Assembly: GCA_024181965.1 (NCBI GenBank)
Contig: BQXS01009981.1
Span: forward strand, 1-33,052
Length of the DNA: 33,052 nt
Source of the DNA: Aduncisulcus paluster
Lineage: Eukaryota
Reading direction: 5' to 3'
Below are positions 29,681-33,052 of the stretch, in pieces; position 1 is the first letter of the stretch; each line of letters starts with the position of its first letter. The position numbers and the translations under genes were made by a program. The notes beneath the pieces were generated by a model. It had not been told where the DNA came from. It searched no databases and saw only the letters and a list, made by a program, of their open reading frames with translations.

Positions 29681-30814
29681 TTATTTCCATGGAAGTAGAG
29701 ATAATCGTTCAGCTTCAATAATTTCCTCGGGCATAGTAAATACAAGGGAGAGGATTTCGAAATATCGACTTTTCTTCTCCCTCCACATTCCTTTCCCTTC
29801 AATTTCACACAATACAACATTACACAAATCAATAGGAAGGAAATACCATTCAAATATATGTTCAGGTTCTGTGAATTCATACTTCTTGAATGTCTTCTTA
29901 CCATCACAATCAGTGAAAGTGAAGAGAAGAGAGGATGAACTATTATACCCATCCACACAGATATAAGCACCTTTCATTGGACTAGGTGATGCGAAAGGGA
30001 TGGAAAGATGGGATAATTGTAAATAACATTCCCCTTTTAACATTTTTTGTGCTTCTGAACTCTTATCATAGTCCTCAGATTCCTTACTAAATCTAGCATT
30101 CTTGCACTTAACCATTGAGAATGAAGGATCTACAAGATGTGGATCATCACGTGGAATGGGAATAGATTCTCTACCTTGAGATTCTCCATATCCTTCCTTA
30201 ACAAACACAGATTTTACAACAGGAGTTTCAGCCCAGAGTTTCTCTTTGGCTACACGAGCTTTGACTTCTTCATGAGTTTCTTCTCTAATGAAAAAAAGTG
30301 AAACGATTTTAAAACACTCTTCCTTTCTCCCTTTCCCTGTAATCTCACACAAAACAACATCAGAGAGAGCAACAGGCAAAAAGAACCAAAAAAAATCTTC
30401 AAAGTCTGGAAAATCATATTTTTTGGATATTTTTTCACTTTTTGATGAAATAAAAGTGAAGATAAGATGGGATGGAGGGGAATCAGAAAGATGAAAGAAC
30501 TTAAGATGGATATAAACACCTTGAATGGGGCAAGAATGAGAAAAAGGAACATGTATGTGAGTAAAAGATCCATCTGGATTCTCTCCTTGCAGCATATCTC
30601 GTGCATCAGAACTCTGGTTGTATCCGCGGGCACCTTTCCTGATACAAATATTCGTTGCTTCAATCTTTGGAAAGACTGGGGTCGTAATATTGGAAGAATC
30701 CCGAGGAATTGGGTTACAGTACCAAGGATTTTTGTTGGTTATTACAGGTTCCACGCTTTGAACAATGATATTACGACATTCTTCAAGAAACTCGGAGGTT
30801 TTCAATGAACACAT
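29681..30814 (-). CDS. Standalone two-domain (A-B) family member (copy 2), 377 aa
   Basis: Homologous along its length to 18573-19679 and ends ERLSLLPWK. The track start at 30826 is GTG; the first ATG is at 30814. Confidence 0.9.
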   Translation of the reverse strand: MCSLKTSEFLEECRNIIVQSVEPVITNKNPWYCNPIPRDSSNITTPVFPKIEATNICIRKGARGYNQSSDARDMLQGENPDGSFTHIHVPFSHSCPIQGVYIHLKFFHLSDSPPSHLIFTFISSKSEKISKKYDFPDFEDFFWFFLPVALSDVVLCEITGKGRKEECFKIVSLFFIREETHEEVKARVAKEKLWAETPVVKSVFVKEGYGESQGRESIPIPRDDPHLVDPSFSMVKCKNARFSKESEDYDKSSEAQKMLKGECYLQLSHLSIPFASPSPMKGAYICVDGYNSSSSLLFTFTDCDGKKTFKKYEFTEPEHIFEWYFLPIDLCNVVLCEIEGKGMWREKKSRYFEILSLVFTMPEEIIEAERLSLLPWK

Positions 30815-30979
30815 TTTCTTTTGCACTGAGATAAAATTAATTCAGATGATACGGTATTACGAAGCTTTTAGAGAGAATATTATTGATATTGTAAGACAGA
30901 AATGCGGGGTGATAATACAAAATAGAAATTATTAGAATGTAATGTGGAATATTAGAATGAAAAAGATTAATTATGTTAA

Positions 30980-31615
30980 CTAATTCAAAAGGTGTTTACC
31001 ATACTTTGAAATAGAAATGTCAACTATGCTCATCGGCAGCAAGAAAGGATCTATTTCATCCCAAGTCGTATGATATGTATTGAGTGATACAATATTATTG
31101 AAAAGTGTGGAATATTTATAAATATCTGTATTCCAAAATCTAATGAACACTGTGCTGGAGATATAACCGTTATAGTGTGACTTCAAGTCAGGCTTCTTTT
31201 ATCCTTTAAAAGAGTCCAATTGTCTGTCTCTTCTGGAGTAGATAATATGGTATAAATACTATATTTCATGACTCATGGCCATTGGGTCGTTCTCATGTAA
31301 ATCACAAGCTCCAAAGAATTGCTGTGATTCGAAGATCGTTTTTGTTGCAATAGAGATTTTGGAAATCTGTGAATGGTTCCATTTCATCTTTTCATGGCGG
31401 AATTATTATGATCTGTGACTCTTTGGCCGTGTCAATATTGTATTTTCCTTGATATTTGTTTTGGATTTCAAATCCGAGTGACTTGTCCAAGAAAATGTCC
31501 TAGAGTCTGGAGATTCTGAAGTCTGGGTCACGTTGGTTGTTCAATCAATTTTATCAACATAACGATTCATGATGCTTCTTTATGGCTTCGGTTCAACTCT
31601 CTCTGACGAATGATT
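30980..31615 (-). pseudogene. Possible decayed gene remnant of unknown family
   Basis: One frame reads as ~210 protein-like codons with about 6 scattered stops, ending in the 68-aa ORF 30980-31186. It is cut off where the MFS duplicate begins. Confidence 0.3.
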
Positions 31616-31617
31616 TG

Positions 31618-32132
31618 TTGGACTGAATTTTCTTTCCTCAAACTCCTTGGAATCATCTTTTTGCAAAAATATACACTCCAACCCATCTAAACTCACGAAT
31701 TTATTCCATTTATGTTTCCTTCTTATTGGAGTGAGTTATAGTACCATTCCAGCTGTTTGTACAAACGCAATTGATAGGGTAATGACCAACCGATCACTGT
31801 CCAATGTCTGTTTTGGGGTTCAAGTTGCCATGACAAATCTCTGTCTGGCTACTATTCCAATGATTGGTGGTGCTATCGCTAAGAAATGGAATTATGGGGT
31901 GGCAATGCTGTCGTTTGGGTTTATTCTTTCACTTGCAATTATTTTATCAATTATCTTATGTTTGAATCAGCAATGGAGAGTGATTTTGTTCGAAAGTGAT
32001 CATGCAAGAGCTGTCAGACTGGATAATGTCAAGGTATCACCACAGATAGAGGAGGATGACACCGAAGTTGGCGGACAGATATCTGATTGTGATGATTCTC
32101 ATAGCAATCATTCGAGGAAAGAATTGCAATAA
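31618..32132 (+). pseudogene. 5'-truncated inverted duplicate of the 3' end of the MFS transporter gene
   Basis: Reverse complement of 19795-20309 with one substitution (32070, Ser>Gly). It starts mid-gene and has no ATG at its start (the track start is TTG). Confidence 0.9.
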
Positions 32133-32321
32133 ATCTTCTCGAGAAATCGGTTAATCTTTCATTATGATCGGCATCTATCATCTTGGTAAATCATGGGATT
32201 CATATCACTGATATCATATCAGACATCTGTCAAACGATTATTTCTGAGAAGACTGACAGACGCAAGGGAATAAAAGTACAATGTCCTTCTTTGTAGATGA
32301 TATCATTATCCTTGGAGAGGA

Positions 32322-33052
32322 TTATTTCCATGGAAGTAGAGATAATCGTTCAATTATTTCACTTTCTTCGGGGATTGTAAATATAAGGGAGTAGACTCGA
32401 CAATTCTTATCATACCACGTTCCTTTCCCTTCAATCTCACACAATACAACATTATCCAAATCAATAGGAAGGAAGTGCCATTCATATTTATGTTTTTGTC
32501 TTGTGAATTCATACTTCTTGTATGTCTTCTTACCATCACAATCTGTGAAAGTGAAGAAGAGACAAGGTGAACTACAATACTTGTCCACACAGATATAAGC
32601 ACCTTTCATTGGACTAGGTGATGGGAAAGGGATGGAAAGATAGGATAAGCTAACATCACTTTCCCCTTTTAACATTCTTTTAGCTCCTGAACTCTGATCA
32701 TACTCCTTAGATTCCTTACTAAATCTAGCATTCTTGCACTTAACCATTGAGAATGAAGGATCTACAATCTTTGGATCATCACGTGGAATGGGAATAGAAG
32801 CTCCATATTCATTAATAAACTCTGGTTTTACAACTGGAGCTTTAGACCATAGTTTCTCTTTGGCTTCACGAGCTTTGACTTCTTCATGAGTTTCTTCTCT
32901 AATGAAAAGAAGGGATTCGATTTCAAAAGACTCTCCCTCTCTTCCTCTCCCTGTAATCTCACACAGAACAACATCAGGGAGATCAACAGGAAGGAAATAC
33001 CAATGTTCACCTTCAAATTCAGGAAACTCATATTTCTTGGATGTTTTCTCAC
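32322..33052 (-). CDS. Family member (copy 3), 5' end beyond the window edge
   Basis: The frame is open from 33050 (EKTSKKYEFPEFEGEHWYFLPVDLPD...) to the stop after ERLSLLPWK. The ORF track shows only the part from an internal Met. Confidence 0.88.
   Translation of the reverse strand, partial: EKTSKKYEFPEFEGEHWYFLPVDLPDVVLCEITGRGREGESFEIESLLFIREETHEEVKAREAKEKLWSKAPVVKPEFINEYGASIPIPRDDPKIVDPSFSMVKCKNARFSKESKEYDQSSGAKRMLKGESDVSLSYLSIPFPSPSPMKGAYICVDKYCSSPCLFFTFTDCDGKKTYKKYEFTRQKHKYEWHFLPIDLDNVVLCEIEGKGTWYDKNCRVYSLIFTIPEESEIIERLSLLPWK

Noticed and set aside
30980-31615. TAA/TAG-to-Gln genetic code, as in hexamitine diplomonads
   Set aside because: Multi-kb ORFs are open under the standard code, and genes end in TAA, TAG and TGA; homologous family genes all stop at the same TAA.
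18573-33052. Diversity-generating retroelement or transposon explanation for the variable repeats
   Set aside because: No reverse transcriptase, transposase or recombinase ORF in the window. Differences include indels and all base types rather than adenine-specific changes. No TIR or TSD identified.
1-33052. CRISPR arrays, rRNA or tRNA genes
   Set aside because: No regularly spaced short repeats with unique spacers and no recognisable rRNA or tRNA sequence seen by eye; a covariance-model scan was not possible.

Overview
AT-rich, gene-dense eukaryotic (protist) genomic DNA in the standard genetic code, with mostly intron-free long ORFs and Ser/Glu low-complexity tracts. Its style and gene families resemble a free-living fornicate such as Aduncisulcus; this is an inference from recall, not verified. 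In order, the window holds: a 2093-aa helical-repeat protein; a Ser/Thr kinase preceded by five copies of an unnamed ~170-190-aa domain; a divergent non-RD kinase; a bacterial-type SMI1/KNR4 (SUKH) gene; a standalone two-domain member of the unnamed family; an MFSD1-like transporter; an RNI-like LRR protein; a secreted BPI/LBP-like protein; a second standalone member; an inverted, almost identical copy of the MFS 3' end; and a third standalone member. Three 20-N gaps are each flanked by identical duplicated sequence (scaffolding artefacts), which inflates the LRR ORF and splits the BPI-like ORF. The best candidate for a new system is the unnamed domain family. It occurs 11 times here, both kinase-fused and standalone. 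It has a conserved framework with three hypervariable aromatic-rich loops, the copies are patchwork mosaics of one another, and the standalone genes share a 3' tail and sit in inverted orientation around an ~10-kb block. The best-supported oddity is the probable bacteria-to-eukaryote transfer of a SUKH immunity gene.
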